IMG/VR virus record: IMGVR_UViG_3300014311_000014
Location: 1-55,655 of that record
From: a virus
Lineage: Duplodnaviria > Caudoviricetes
Direction: 5' to 3' (one strand)
DNA length: 55,655 bases
Positions 35,677-45,395 of the stretch are shown piece by piece; the first letter of the stretch is position 1; every line of letters begins with the position of its first letter. The translations under genes were made by a program, and so were the position numbers. The notes beneath the pieces are model-generated. The model had not been told where the DNA came from. It ran no database searches and saw only the letters and a list, made by a program, of their open reading frames with translations.

Positions 35677-36726
35677 ATGGCATGCGCTTGGATCGAGGGC
35701 TTCGAGTCCCACGCCCAGACCGGGCAGTTCCAGCGGAAGTACGCGACCTTCTCTGGCTTGTGGACGATCCAGTCCGGGCGCGTCTTCGGCAACGCCGGGG
35801 CGGTCACGTCCACGGTGTGCGTCACGCCCTCCGTGGGCTCCGGGAACACGTTCGTCCTGGGCTTCGGCTTCCGGTTCGCGGCCCACACCACGATACTCAA
35901 CTCGGGCAACCAGGGCCTCTACTGCGAGCTGGGACCGGACGAGCAGTTCCACCTGGAGATGGAATCCGGCTCTGGCCTAGGCGTGCGCTTCCACATCAAG
36001 CGCGGTGCCACGACCGTCGCCACGTCGAGCTACTTCGACTTCGGCGTGTGGCACTACATCGAACTCAAGGTCACGGTGCGCACCGCCACGAACGGCGCGT
36101 ACGAGCTGCGGCACAACGGCGTGCTCGACATCTCTGGCACGGGCGTGAACCTCGCGGACTCTGGCGCGGACGGCTGGGACATCTTCGCCGTGCGCTACAC
36201 GTCCAACGCCTCGACCACGCTGCGCTACGACGACATGTACGTCCTGGACGGCACGGGCGCGAAGAACAACGACTTCCTCGGCCCCTCGGTGGTCGAGGGT
36301 CTGCTGCCGAACGGCGACGGGGCCACGATCCAGTGGACGAACAACGGCGGGACGACGTTCAACTACGAGAACGTGGACGACCCGGCCAACTTCGCGCCGG
36401 ACGAGACCAGCGCCGGCAGCACGAACGGCTCGGATACGAACGGCCAGAAGGACCTGTACGCCTTCGAGGACTTGGTGAACATCACTGGCACCATCCACGC
36501 CGTGCAGCTCGGCGTGCAGCTCGGCATGGCGGCAGCAGGCACGCGCACGGTCAAGACGAAGTACCGCGACCCCGACACGACCGAGGCGGACGGAGCTTCG
36601 CACACCGTGGACTCCACGACGTTCGACGAGTTCACTGAGATCTTCGACGACAACCCCGCGTCCGCCGCTGCCTGGGACGTGACGGACATCGACGGTGGGC
36701 AGTTCGGAATCGAGGTGGTGAGCTAA
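35677..36726 (+). CDS. Virion protein with lectin/LamG-like beta fold (paralog A)
   Basis: WIEGFE, WHYIELKV and YDDMYVLDGTGAKNNDFLG; AGGAG RBS. Confidence 0.7.
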   Translation: MACAWIEGFESHAQTGQFQRKYATFSGLWTIQSGRVFGNAGAVTSTVCVTPSVGSGNTFVLGFGFRFAAHTTILNSGNQGLYCELGPDEQFHLEMESGSGLGVRFHIKRGATTVATSSYFDFGVWHYIELKVTVRTATNGAYELRHNGVLDISGTGVNLADSGADGWDIFAVRYTSNASTTLRYDDMYVLDGTGAKNNDFLGPSVVEGLLPNGDGATIQWTNNGGTTFNYENVDDPANFAPDETSAGSTNGSDTNGQKDLYAFEDLVNITGTIHAVQLGVQLGMAAAGTRTVKTKYRDPDTTEADGASHTVDSTTFDEFTEIFDDNPASAAAWDVTDIDGGQFGIEVVS

Positions 36727-37913
36727 TGACACTCCGCTGGCTTGAGGGCTTCGACGTTGCCCTGAACTCGACCGCGCTCGCGCGCGTCTACACCGGCCCG
36801 ACTACGACCGGGCTGCCGTCCATCCTCCTCGCCGAGACGCCCGCCGAGGACCGTGGCGCGGTGTTCGACAACGCCGTGTCGGACGATGGTGCGATCCTGC
36901 ACACGCCGACGCTCGTGAGCCCGGTGCAGAACACCTGGATCATCGGGTTCGCGTTCCGCTCGGACGACCCGACCAACCTGGAGACGGGAGGTGTCGCCCC
37001 GTACGTCGCTCTCCACAACACGGACGGCGAGCAGATCCGCATTCAGCTCTACGAGTACACGCCTGCCAGCTCCAAGCCGGGCGGCTTGTACTACGGCTGG
37101 CGCGTGCTGCGCGGAGCGACTGAGATCGCGAGGACCAACGAAGCCTTCTCGCTCTCCGACATCTCGGATCTTCCCTGGGTCCACTTCGAGTTCAAGGTCA
37201 CGATCGACAACACGACTGGCTCGATAGAAGGGCGTTTCCGCCACATCAAGATGGCGAACAACGGGACCGGCGGGTTTACGACGTTCACCTGGGACGCCAG
37301 CGTCACCAACGTAGACACGCAGAACCAAACCTCGACCGGGGCCGACTCGTTCTCGATCTCCTTCAACACCGGGACGGCCAACGACACCTGCGCGTTCGAC
37401 AATGTGTACGTCCTCGACAGCACGGGCGCGAAGAACAACGACTTCCTGGGCAAGTGCTTCATCACGCCCATGAAGATCACCACGACGGGCGGCGGTGATG
37501 GTGACACGACCGACTGGACGCTCCAGACGGCCACCAACACCGAGGATGCGTGGCAGGAGCCCGACACCGCCGTGGAAGACGACGACCGGCTCACGTCCGA
37601 CACGATCGGCCAGATCCACCTCGCGCAGATGGGCACGAGCACCACCCTGGACTTCATGGACGCGGCCTCTGTGATCGGCGTCCGCATGGACTTGCACGGG
37701 CGCATGGAGACCTCGGGCGATCTCGACATCGGCTTCATGTGGCGCAAGACCACGGGCACGCCCGCGCAGACCGAGTTCGGCACGGCGATGAACGTGGACA
37801 GCACCACCGTCGAGGCCGCGTCCGTCGTGGCCGAGGACGACCCGAACACCGCGACGGACTGGGTTCTGACCGATCTCCAGTCCTACCAACTCGGCGCGAA
37901 GAACAACGGCTAG
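36726..37913 (+). CDS. Virion protein with lectin/LamG-like beta fold (paralog B)
   Basis: WLEGFD, WVHFEFKV and FDNVYVLDSTGAKNNDFLG. Confidence 0.7.
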   Translation: MTLRWLEGFDVALNSTALARVYTGPTTTGLPSILLAETPAEDRGAVFDNAVSDDGAILHTPTLVSPVQNTWIIGFAFRSDDPTNLETGGVAPYVALHNTDGEQIRIQLYEYTPASSKPGGLYYGWRVLRGATEIARTNEAFSLSDISDLPWVHFEFKVTIDNTTGSIEGRFRHIKMANNGTGGFTTFTWDASVTNVDTQNQTSTGADSFSISFNTGTANDTCAFDNVYVLDSTGAKNNDFLGKCFITPMKITTTGGGDGDTTDWTLQTATNTEDAWQEPDTAVEDDDRLTSDTIGQIHLAQMGTSTTLDFMDAASVIGVRMDLHGRMETSGDLDIGFMWRKTTGTPAQTEFGTAMNVDSTTVEAASVVAEDDPNTATDWVLTDLQSYQLGAKNNG

Positions 37914-37928
37914 TAGGGGAGCGGAGGC

Positions 37929-39578
37929 ATGGTCGAAGTCAGGATCTCCCGGGAGAACGTCGAAGTCCTCGCTGACGAGGGCACGGTCGGCGCTGTCTCT
38001 CGGCTCGATGCGCAAGTCATGGCGCTCGGGGACAACGCCGACGAGGTGCAAGCCTCGCGCGTGGCGATCGAGGTCCTGGGAGCCGAGCCTCCGATCTGCG
38101 CGACCACGCGCCTCGACGCCCAGGTCATCGCCCTGGGCGACAATCCCGAAGAAGTGCAGGCCAGCCGCCTCGCCATCGAGGTGCTCGGGGCCCTGGACGC
38201 CAAGTGCGCCGTCACGCGCCTCGACGCCCAGGTGCTCGCGCTGGGAGACAACGCCGACGAGGTGCGGATCACCCGCATCGCTGGCGAGGCCCTGGCGCGC
38301 CAAGGCTCGGCAGGCCCCGTGGTGCCGCTCGCGCTCGCGGACGACGCCTATATCTTCCTGCACAACTGGGTCACGCAAGCCAAGCTCGCCACCTCGTTCC
38401 GTACCGACGTGTCCACCTCGCCCGACTCGGGCGCGGAGTCGCGTCGTGGCCTCGGCGTCAAGCCGACGCGCACGCTCGACCTGGAGTGGACGATCTGCGA
38501 CCCGCAGACCGTCACCGGCATCAACTCGCTGGAGCAGCTCGAACGGCTGGAGGTTTTCCTGCGCCGCCTGACCGATCAGCGGTTCCAGGTGCCGATCTAC
38601 ATGGACCAGCAGGAACTCACGACCTCCTACGCGAGCAGCGCCACCACCATCGCCGTGCCCACGGACAAGGCTCGGTTCTTCCCCGGGCAGCGCGTCGCGA
38701 TCGTGCAGCTCGACTTCATGGGCCAGCCCGTGTCGCACTCGTTCCACCAGATCAGCGACATGACCAACGCGAGCCTGACGTTCACGGCTACGCTGGGCGT
38801 CGCCGTGGCCGCCGGATCGCTGGTCTTCCCGCTCATGGACTGCGAGGTCCTGCTGGACGTGGACGCCGACTACGCTACCGCCCGCATGCCCTCGGTCAAG
38901 CTGACCGTCGCTGAGGCTCCTGGCGCGTCCCAGCTCCCGCCGATCAAGTCGGACAACCCCTCGGGCGCGACGCTGGCTCACGACGATCGTCCGGTGTGGT
39001 ACGAGGAGCCGGACTGGACGCGCGGCATCACCAAGGGGCGCTCGCGCCAGGGCAACCGCAACCGGGGCGGGCGCGCCGACTTCGTGAGCGTCGAGGCCGA
39101 CCGCTCGCGGCAGATACACCGCTTCGAGGTCACGGGCAACCGCGACACGATCTGGGGCGCGCTGGAGTTCTTCGAGACCCGCCGGGGCCGCCTGCGGAGC
39201 TTCTGGCACATCGACCAGGACCAATATTTCGAGCTGGTGGACATCGACGCTGGGGGCACGTTCGTCGGCATCTCCGAGAACACGCTGGACCTCGCGGACA
39301 CGCAGGAGGAGTTCGACGCCCTCGGGCTCGTCATGTCGGACGGCACGCACTACGTCCGCGACGTGTCCAACATCCTCGCCATCCTGACCGTGTTCCGCGT
39401 GTCGCTGCTCACCCCGCTACCCGCTGGTCTCTCGGTCAACGACTACCATCGCGTCGCCCGCGCACGTCTGGTGCGCTTCGACAAGGACGAGTTCGTCGAG
39501 ACATGGAACCACACCGGCTACGGCACGGCTGGCATCGGCATCATCGAGGTTCTCAACGAGCAGGACTTCGAGGTCTAG
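37929..39578 (+). CDS. Distal tail-like protein with N-terminal 36-aa repeats
   Basis: SGAESRRGL and FFETRRGRLRSFW resemble GTA-type distal tail proteins; three RLDAQVxALGDN repeats. Confidence 0.65.
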   Translation: MVEVRISRENVEVLADEGTVGAVSRLDAQVMALGDNADEVQASRVAIEVLGAEPPICATTRLDAQVIALGDNPEEVQASRLAIEVLGALDAKCAVTRLDAQVLALGDNADEVRITRIAGEALARQGSAGPVVPLALADDAYIFLHNWVTQAKLATSFRTDVSTSPDSGAESRRGLGVKPTRTLDLEWTICDPQTVTGINSLEQLERLEVFLRRLTDQRFQVPIYMDQQELTTSYASSATTIAVPTDKARFFPGQRVAIVQLDFMGQPVSHSFHQISDMTNASLTFTATLGVAVAAGSLVFPLMDCEVLLDVDADYATARMPSVKLTVAEAPGASQLPPIKSDNPSGATLAHDDRPVWYEEPDWTRGITKGRSRQGNRNRGGRADFVSVEADRSRQIHRFEVTGNRDTIWGALEFFETRRGRLRSFWHIDQDQYFELVDIDAGGTFVGISENTLDLADTQEEFDALGLVMSDGTHYVRDVSNILAILTVFRVSLLTPLPAGLSVNDYHRVARARLVRFDKDEFVETWNHTGYGTAGIGIIEVLNEQDFEV

Positions 39579-39587
39579 GAGGCAACC

Positions 39588-40424
39588 ATGGCGAAGGCAT
39601 ACGCACGGCCCGAGAAGGAGGGGTTCGTCCTTGTGACGTTCCTCTACGGGGCCAACCTCGCGTCGCAGGCGCGTTACACCGACTGGGACCAGAGCTTCCT
39701 CGGCTTCACGTCCGAGCCGCGCATGAAGCTGGAGATCCCCGAGAATGCGGGTACGTTCGACAAGCGCGAGCTGCGCATCGTGCTGCCGCTCGACAACTTC
39801 GTGTCGCGCGCCAGTAGCGGCGTGCCGCACTCGCCGATCTACGTCATCGTCGAGGAGCTGACGCAGGGCCTTTTCACGGGCGACCAGTCCTCGCAGAAGG
39901 TCCTGTACGCCGGGCGCATCACGCGCTCGATCAAGAACTACCAGGGGCAGAACAACCAAGCCGCGTTCTTCTCCCTGTCCATCAAGTCGCGCCTCGACAT
40001 CTCGATGGGCCTGCCCTGCAACCACCAGTGTGCCTGGACCCTGTTCAAGGGCGGCTGCGGCGTGACCCCAGTGCAGGTGCTCGGGCAGATCCAGTCCTCG
40101 GACGGCACGGAGATCACGGTCACGGACGCTGGATTCACGACGCCGGGCACGACCGACGCACGCTACTGGAAGCGCGGCTACGCCGAGAAGGACGGCCTGC
40201 GCATCGCGATCCGCGACTACGACGGCGACGTGGATACCAGCAAGGCGTACATGGCCCGCCCGGTGCCGAGCGACTGGATCCTGGCGGGCTTCAGCAGCAT
40301 CCAGTTCGTTCCCGGCTGCGACAAGACCATCGAGACGTGCCGCGCGCGCTGGAACGCCGAGCAGTTCTTCATGGGCCTCGGCTACGCCATTCCCTCCTAC
40401 CAGCCCAACTTCGAGACTCCGTGA
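39588..40424 (+). CDS. Baseplate hub protein (DUF2163/BR0599 family, GTA-like)
   Basis: CNHQCAWTLFKGGCGV and PGCDKTIETCRARWN. Confidence 0.88.
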   Translation: MAKAYARPEKEGFVLVTFLYGANLASQARYTDWDQSFLGFTSEPRMKLEIPENAGTFDKRELRIVLPLDNFVSRASSGVPHSPIYVIVEELTQGLFTGDQSSQKVLYAGRITRSIKNYQGQNNQAAFFSLSIKSRLDISMGLPCNHQCAWTLFKGGCGVTPVQVLGQIQSSDGTEITVTDAGFTTPGTTDARYWKRGYAEKDGLRIAIRDYDGDVDTSKAYMARPVPSDWILAGFSSIQFVPGCDKTIETCRARWNAEQFFMGLGYAIPSYQPNFETP

Positions 40425-40960
40425 TGGGCGGCTACCGCGTCTACCGACCGTGCCTGGAGTGGAACCCGGGCGACCCTGAGATCGCCGCTGCGCTGGCCGC
40501 CGAGCTGGAGCGCTGGCGCGGCACGCGCTACGAGTCCGGCCAGTCCTTCCCGCAGCGCGGGGCGGACTGCACGGGCAGCGTCTTCGGCGTCGTGGACGCC
40601 CTGGACGGGCGCACGCGCATGCAGCCCGCCGGGTTCCCGCACGACGCTTCGATCCACGATCGCGCGGGCGCGATCCGCACCGTGCGCGAGATCGTGCGGC
40701 GCTACTCGCCATGCGTCAAGATCGAGCCCGACGAGCACGGCACCTTTCAGGTCGAGCCGGGCGACATCGTGGTGACGGGCGCTCCGAACGGAGGGCCGGG
40801 CCACGTCGAAATCGTCGGGCCGCGCAAGAACGAGCTGTGGCACGCCCAGCCCTCGTGCGGGTTCCATCAGGGCGGATGGTCGTTCCTCGAACAACAGGTC
40901 CTCTACGCGGTCTACCGCATCGAGGACAAGTACCGCTGGAGGCAAGAATGCACCGAGTAG
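40424..40960 (+). CDS. NlpC/P60 family tail-associated peptidase
   Basis: WRGTRY, GADCTG, PGDIV and GHVEI. Confidence 0.85.
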   Translation: MGGYRVYRPCLEWNPGDPEIAAALAAELERWRGTRYESGQSFPQRGADCTGSVFGVVDALDGRTRMQPAGFPHDASIHDRAGAIRTVREIVRRYSPCVKIEPDEHGTFQVEPGDIVVTGAPNGGPGHVEIVGPRKNELWHAQPSCGFHQGGWSFLEQQVLYAVYRIEDKYRWRQECTE

Positions 40961-43845
40961 CTCAATGGTTCTGGCGTCGCGTGGACGACGTGACCTACAA
41001 CTGGAACTGCGACCGCCCACGCTTCTACCAGAAGTGCCTGCTGGCGGTGAGCGTGCTCACGGCAGGCTGCATCCTCCAGTTCGGGTCGCCGTTCGGCGAG
41101 GCCGTCGTCGAGCCCGAGGGGCAGCAGAAGGCGTGGGCCCAGCTCGCGTGGCTCGTCATCTCCATCGGCCTGTCGCTCCTCGCGGGCCAGATGCTCGCGA
41201 AGAAGTCCGACTCGCCTATCCAGTCCGACAAGCCGACAACACTCTCGATCCGTGGCTCGTTCACGCCGTGGCACGTCGGCATCCGCCGCGTCGGCCCGGT
41301 CTTCTGCTGGGCTGGCGACCGCGAGATCCGCAAGGAGTCACAGGGCGGCGGCAAGGGTGGCGGTGGCGCGCCCGAGGCGGACGTGTACTACGAGGCGGGC
41401 TGGCACGTTCTCGGCATCGGTCCGATGTTCGCGCTGCACGAGATCATCCAGGGGGGCTCGGTGATCTTCACCGGCCCGATCACCGCCGAGTCCCACCCGA
41501 GCGGCACCACGGTGGACCTCGGCAAGGAGGGTGCGTTCACGATCTACTGGGGCGAGCCGACCCAGCCCGCGAACACGTTTCTGGGCAACGCGAACCGCGT
41601 GAGCATCACCTCGCGCTGGCCGCACGCCTGCTACGTCGTGTGGAACAAGAAGCGCCTCGCGGGCCAGACCTGGAACATCCTCGACTACGTTCTGGAGCGC
41701 CGCCCGTCGTGGGCCGGGCTCTCGCTGTCGCAGAGTTGGTACGAGCCTAACCGCACGCTGACCGGCCCGAGTGACACCGTGATCGCCGTCCTCGCCAACG
41801 CGAACGAGGATATCGGCTACCTGCAAGTCTTCGGCGACGGCACGAACCGCTACAAGCCCACGTTCGATGTGGAGGTCACGGACTGCGGCATCCCGGACGG
41901 CACCTACCAGGTGCTGCGCTCGGAGATCGTGCAGATCCAGTCGGGCACCGCGCCCTTCTTCACCTACACGCCCAACACCCGCATCTTCCTCCAGGGCGGC
42001 ACGGCTGGTGCCGCGCTGGGCGCATTGCCCAACATCCAGGTCTGGGAAGAGGACAACACGGACGGCGCGAACATCGCCCACGTCATCGGAGAGCTGCTGT
42101 TCGCCGACTGGCCGCTGGGCCTCCAACTCGACCCCTCGCACGTCGTCGAGAGCTGGGACCTCGATTCGCTCGAAGACCTGGGCGTCGAGGCCGAGGCGAA
42201 CCAGTGGCGTGCTGCCGTGTTCGGCACGCAGGGCGAGACCGCCGAGGCGATGCTGGGCGCGATGCTCCAGGACCACGGCGCGATGCTGCCGATCGACACC
42301 ACGAGCGGCCGCATGCTGTTCCAGCGCGTGCGCTACCCGAACGGCGCGCTGCTGGCGTTCATCGAGGACATCTACGCCGACCGCTTCCCGGAGATCGAGA
42401 CCCTGCACGGCGAGCAGCCGGTGGACCGCCTGATCTTCGTGTTCAGCGACCGCGACAACCAGTACGGCGATATGACGATCGCCATAGACGAGGACGGACA
42501 GGCCAGCTACGCCGAGCACCAGCGGGCGCGCAAGGTCCCGATCGTCTCGACCTCGCTGTTCTCCACGGCTGCCGCCCTCGCCGAGCTGCGGTCGCCCGAG
42601 GAGCTGGCCCCCGGCGCTAAGTTCCGACTGGACGCCAGCCGTGAGGCGCGCGACCTGCTCCCTGGGCAGGCAATCACCGCCGAGGGCTTCGACGAGGTGC
42701 TGCGCGTTATATCGGTCGCGATCGACCCGCTGACTGAGCGCGTCGAGCTGACCGTGATCCCGGACTTCTACGGCGTTCCGCTGTCCAGCTTCATCACGAA
42801 CGAGGGCGGTGTCCCCGAGCCGCCGGAAGACCCGGCGATCGACGAGGCGTTCAAGTGGGTCGAGATCCCCGAGCAGCTCCTCGGCTCGTCCTTCCCGGCC
42901 ACCACCTACGTCATGGTCCCGCGCATCCGCGCGAACTCCAACATCAGCTTCTCGTCGATCCACTTCTCCGAGGACAACTCGACCTACACGCTCAAGGGCA
43001 CGGACCTGAACGTGCAGACCGGCGGCACGCTGGACTCTGCGCTGTCCGCGAGCGGGCCGAGCTACCTCGCACAGGGGCCGACATTCACGGAGCTGGGGCC
43101 GGACAACTCGGCTGCTGCCGACTACTCGGCGGACCTGACGAGCTGGGGCCTCGGGCGACAGCTCGCGGTCATCGTGTCGAGCGCGGGCACGGAAATCTGC
43201 ATCGTGCAGAAGACCACCATCGTGAGCGGCACGCAGCGTCGCCTGGACGGCCTCGCTCGCGCCTGCTACGACACGCGGAAGCTGACCCACCCCGCAGGGA
43301 CGGTCGTCTTCATCGTGAACTCGGACGCCATCACGGAGTTCACGGACGGCCTGCTCGTGACCGGGGGCAATCTCTGGGTCAAGTCCCAGCCGGGCACGAA
43401 CGGCGGGCAGGTCTCGCTGGACTCGGTGCCGCCGTTCGGCAACGCGGTCTACGGCAAGGGGCAGATTCCGATCGCGCCCGATTACGTCCACGCCCGCGCG
43501 CCGTATCGCAACTCGCCGACCTTCAAGACCGGCAACGACATCACGGTGGGCTGGGCCATCTCGACCGGCACGAAGCAGACCGGGTGCGGCGGCCAGAACG
43601 CCGGGCAGGTCACTGGCACCCCCGTGGTGCCGGGCGCCATCCAGATCGACTTCCTCACGACCGGAGATGTGCTCAAGGGCTCGTACTCCGTGAGCGGCGA
43701 GGTCGCTGAGTACACCTACGACAACGCGCAGCTCGTGGCCGACTTCGGCACCGAGCCCAGCTCCTTCAAGGTTCGCGTCACACACGTCGCGAACGGCTAC
43801 TCTTCTCCAGTGAGCCCGTCGCTCACCATCACCCGCGTCACCTGA
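40948..43845 (+). CDS. Large tail tip / host-specificity protein (GTA megatron-like)
   Basis: 965 aa following hub and NlpC; GPVFCWAGD, ANIAHVIGELL, LLPGQAI. Confidence 0.75.
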   Translation: MHRVAQWFWRRVDDVTYNWNCDRPRFYQKCLLAVSVLTAGCILQFGSPFGEAVVEPEGQQKAWAQLAWLVISIGLSLLAGQMLAKKSDSPIQSDKPTTLSIRGSFTPWHVGIRRVGPVFCWAGDREIRKESQGGGKGGGGAPEADVYYEAGWHVLGIGPMFALHEIIQGGSVIFTGPITAESHPSGTTVDLGKEGAFTIYWGEPTQPANTFLGNANRVSITSRWPHACYVVWNKKRLAGQTWNILDYVLERRPSWAGLSLSQSWYEPNRTLTGPSDTVIAVLANANEDIGYLQVFGDGTNRYKPTFDVEVTDCGIPDGTYQVLRSEIVQIQSGTAPFFTYTPNTRIFLQGGTAGAALGALPNIQVWEEDNTDGANIAHVIGELLFADWPLGLQLDPSHVVESWDLDSLEDLGVEAEANQWRAAVFGTQGETAEAMLGAMLQDHGAMLPIDTTSGRMLFQRVRYPNGALLAFIEDIYADRFPEIETLHGEQPVDRLIFVFSDRDNQYGDMTIAIDEDGQASYAEHQRARKVPIVSTSLFSTAAALAELRSPEELAPGAKFRLDASREARDLLPGQAITAEGFDEVLRVISVAIDPLTERVELTVIPDFYGVPLSSFITNEGGVPEPPEDPAIDEAFKWVEIPEQLLGSSFPATTYVMVPRIRANSNISFSSIHFSEDNSTYTLKGTDLNVQTGGTLDSALSASGPSYLAQGPTFTELGPDNSAAADYSADLTSWGLGRQLAVIVSSAGTEICIVQKTTIVSGTQRRLDGLARACYDTRKLTHPAGTVVFIVNSDAITEFTDGLLVTGGNLWVKSQPGTNGGQVSLDSVPPFGNAVYGKGQIPIAPDYVHARAPYRNSPTFKTGNDITVGWAISTGTKQTGCGGQNAGQVTGTPVVPGAIQIDFLTTGDVLKGSYSVSGEVAEYTYDNAQLVADFGTEPSSFKVRVTHVANGYSSPVSPSLTITRVT

Positions 43846-43859
43846 TAGGAGGCAACACC

Positions 43860-44282
43860 ATGGCTAGGCCGACGAAGAACGACATCGACAGCGGCATCCA
43901 GAACTGGCATCAGAAGATCGACGACAACGACGAGGTGCTGTTCAATGGCCCGCTCCCCGTTCACGTCCACACCGGCAACGAGTCCAACCTCGCCTCGACC
44001 TTCCCGGCGGCGAGCTACGACCGCTGCATCGTCGTGGTCAACCACTCGACGCTCGGCTGGTCGCTATACGCCTCGGACGGCACGACGTGGCAGCGCCTCG
44101 TGCGCTTCGTCGCGGCTGCCGTGACCGCGCTCACCGACTCGACCGGCGGCACCGCCAACGACACGCTCGTGGCGATCTCGGGCACCGGGGACGACGCGAA
44201 CGTCAACAACAACTTCGCCGACCTCGCGGCGAAGATCAACGCCATCCGCACGGCCCTGGTCAACCACGGCCTGCTCTCGTAA
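43860..44282 (+). CDS. Small virion fibre-like protein
   Basis: AGGAGG RBS; YASDGTTWQR and LAAKINAIRTALVNHGLL. Confidence 0.65.
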   Translation: MARPTKNDIDSGIQNWHQKIDDNDEVLFNGPLPVHVHTGNESNLASTFPAASYDRCIVVVNHSTLGWSLYASDGTTWQRLVRFVAAAVTALTDSTGGTANDTLVAISGTGDDANVNNNFADLAAKINAIRTALVNHGLLS

Positions 44283-44312
44283 GAGGACCCCCCCTCCCGG
44301 GGTCATCTGCCC

Positions 44313-44358
44313 GGGTCCGGCGGCTGGATTGCCTCCCCAGTCGTCGGACCCACTTTTC
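44313..44358 (+). terminator. Rho-independent terminator of the tail operon
   Basis: GGGTCCGGCGGCTGG / CCAGTCGTCGGACCC stem (G-U pairs work on the + strand) followed by ACTTTT. Confidence 0.65.
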
Positions 44359-44379
44359 TCGGAATCAGCTTGCCTTCCA

Positions 44380-44612
44380 CCGAAACCGTGATAGGATGCT
44401 GGTTCACGGCAGGCTGGGCAAGGAACCCAGCATCGGCAAAGGCTTCCAGCTCGCGCCGAGGGACCGAAACGACGGTCGCCCTGCCACCTCCACGGCCCGG
44501 AGGAGCGCTCAGCAAAGTGCACGGGGGCGTAGCGCAGCCGGAAGCGCTCCCCCCAGGGCCACCTTCAACGATCGCGGTCCCGCCCGGGTCTCATCACCCG
44601 GGCGGGGCCGCG
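44380..44612 (+). ncRNA. Candidate structured non-coding RNA
   Basis: At least six consecutive hairpins in an intergenic gap; no family recognised. Confidence 0.35.
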
Positions 44613-44637
44613 CGCGTAGCGGGGCTCTCAGGCGGCC

Positions 44638-45204
44638 TCAGCGGGGCTCGTGGGAGCAGCGCAGGACCTTGCCCCCAGGGGCCTCCCAGCCGCCCTCCAC
44701 GGGCGCGGGCGGCGCGGGGGCCTCGTCACCCGCCTCGGCGGCCCGGCGCGCGTCCAGCTCCAGCAGGGCGGCCAGGACGGCCCGGTAGCACCGGGCCTGG
44801 GCGACGCCCCACAGCGGGCCGTGGGAATCGTACTCGGGACCCTCCGAGGCGTCCCAGACCATCGCGTGCGCCCACTCGTGCTGGAGCGTGTCGATGATGG
44901 CCTGGAGCGGCTGCCGCGACTCGATCTGGATGCGGTACAGGCCGAGGGAGGGGACCCAGGAGGTCAGGCCCCAGAAGTCGCCGTCGATGCGCCCCACGGA
45001 CACCATCGCGGGCGCGTTCAGCGGGCACTCGGCCTCCAGCGCCCGCACGGCGGTCTTGAAGACCTCGGCGTCCCAGGCCCGGGGGAGAGCGGCCTCGACG
45101 GAGATGGGCGTCGGGCCGCTGGCGTTGACGGAGCAGCAGGAGGAGCCAAGGGCTGCGAACGCAGCCCCGACAATCAGACAGAGGGGGAGGTGGAGTCGTC
45201 GCAT
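44638..45204 (-). CDS. SprT-like zinc metalloprotease with signal/lipoprotein leader
   Basis: DTLQHEWAHAM...SHGPLW; hydrophobic leader ending ALGSSCC. Confidence 0.75.
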   Translation of the reverse strand: MRRLHLPLCLIVGAAFAALGSSCCSVNASGPTPISVEAALPRAWDAEVFKTAVRALEAECPLNAPAMVSVGRIDGDFWGLTSWVPSLGLYRIQIESRQPLQAIIDTLQHEWAHAMVWDASEGPEYDSHGPLWGVAQARCYRAVLAALLELDARRAAEAGDEAPAPPAPVEGGWEAPGGKVLRCSHEPR

Positions 45205-45395
45205 GCGAGTTCTCGTGCGCGCGCGGCGAGTGCCTTTGCTCCGTCGCCGCGCGCGGTCACGACGGTGGCCTGGGTTTCGAGCGCGTGGACGGTCCCGCAC
45301 GCCGAACAGACGGCGCGCTGGAACTTCATCGACTCGATGGTAAAGGTGTGCGAGACCCGGAGGGTTCCGTCACAGGTAGGTACGGCGCATTTCAT
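45174..45395 (-). CDS. Zinc-ribbon protein (Ogr/Delta- or NrdR-N-like), possible late regulator
   Basis: CAVPTC...RAVCSACG. Confidence 0.6.
   Translation of the reverse strand: MKCAVPTCDGTLRVSHTFTIESMKFQRAVCSACGTVHALETQATVVTARGDGAKALAARARELACDDSTSPSV

Noticed and set aside
40424-40960. NlpC/P60 protein as the endolysin
   Set aside because: Its position between the hub and tail-tip genes matches the conserved GTA-type tail peptidase.
7748-43785. Long antisense/alternate-frame ORFs (e.g. 7748..9463, 16895..19042, 36723..39350, 41338..43785)
   Set aside because: Shadow ORFs caused by high GC3 codon bias; they overlap genes with clear motifs and have none of their own.
44523-44600. tRNA or tmRNA gene
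   Set aside because: Only a 5' strand/D-arm look-alike; no anticodon arm, no TTC-containing T-loop and no matching acceptor end.
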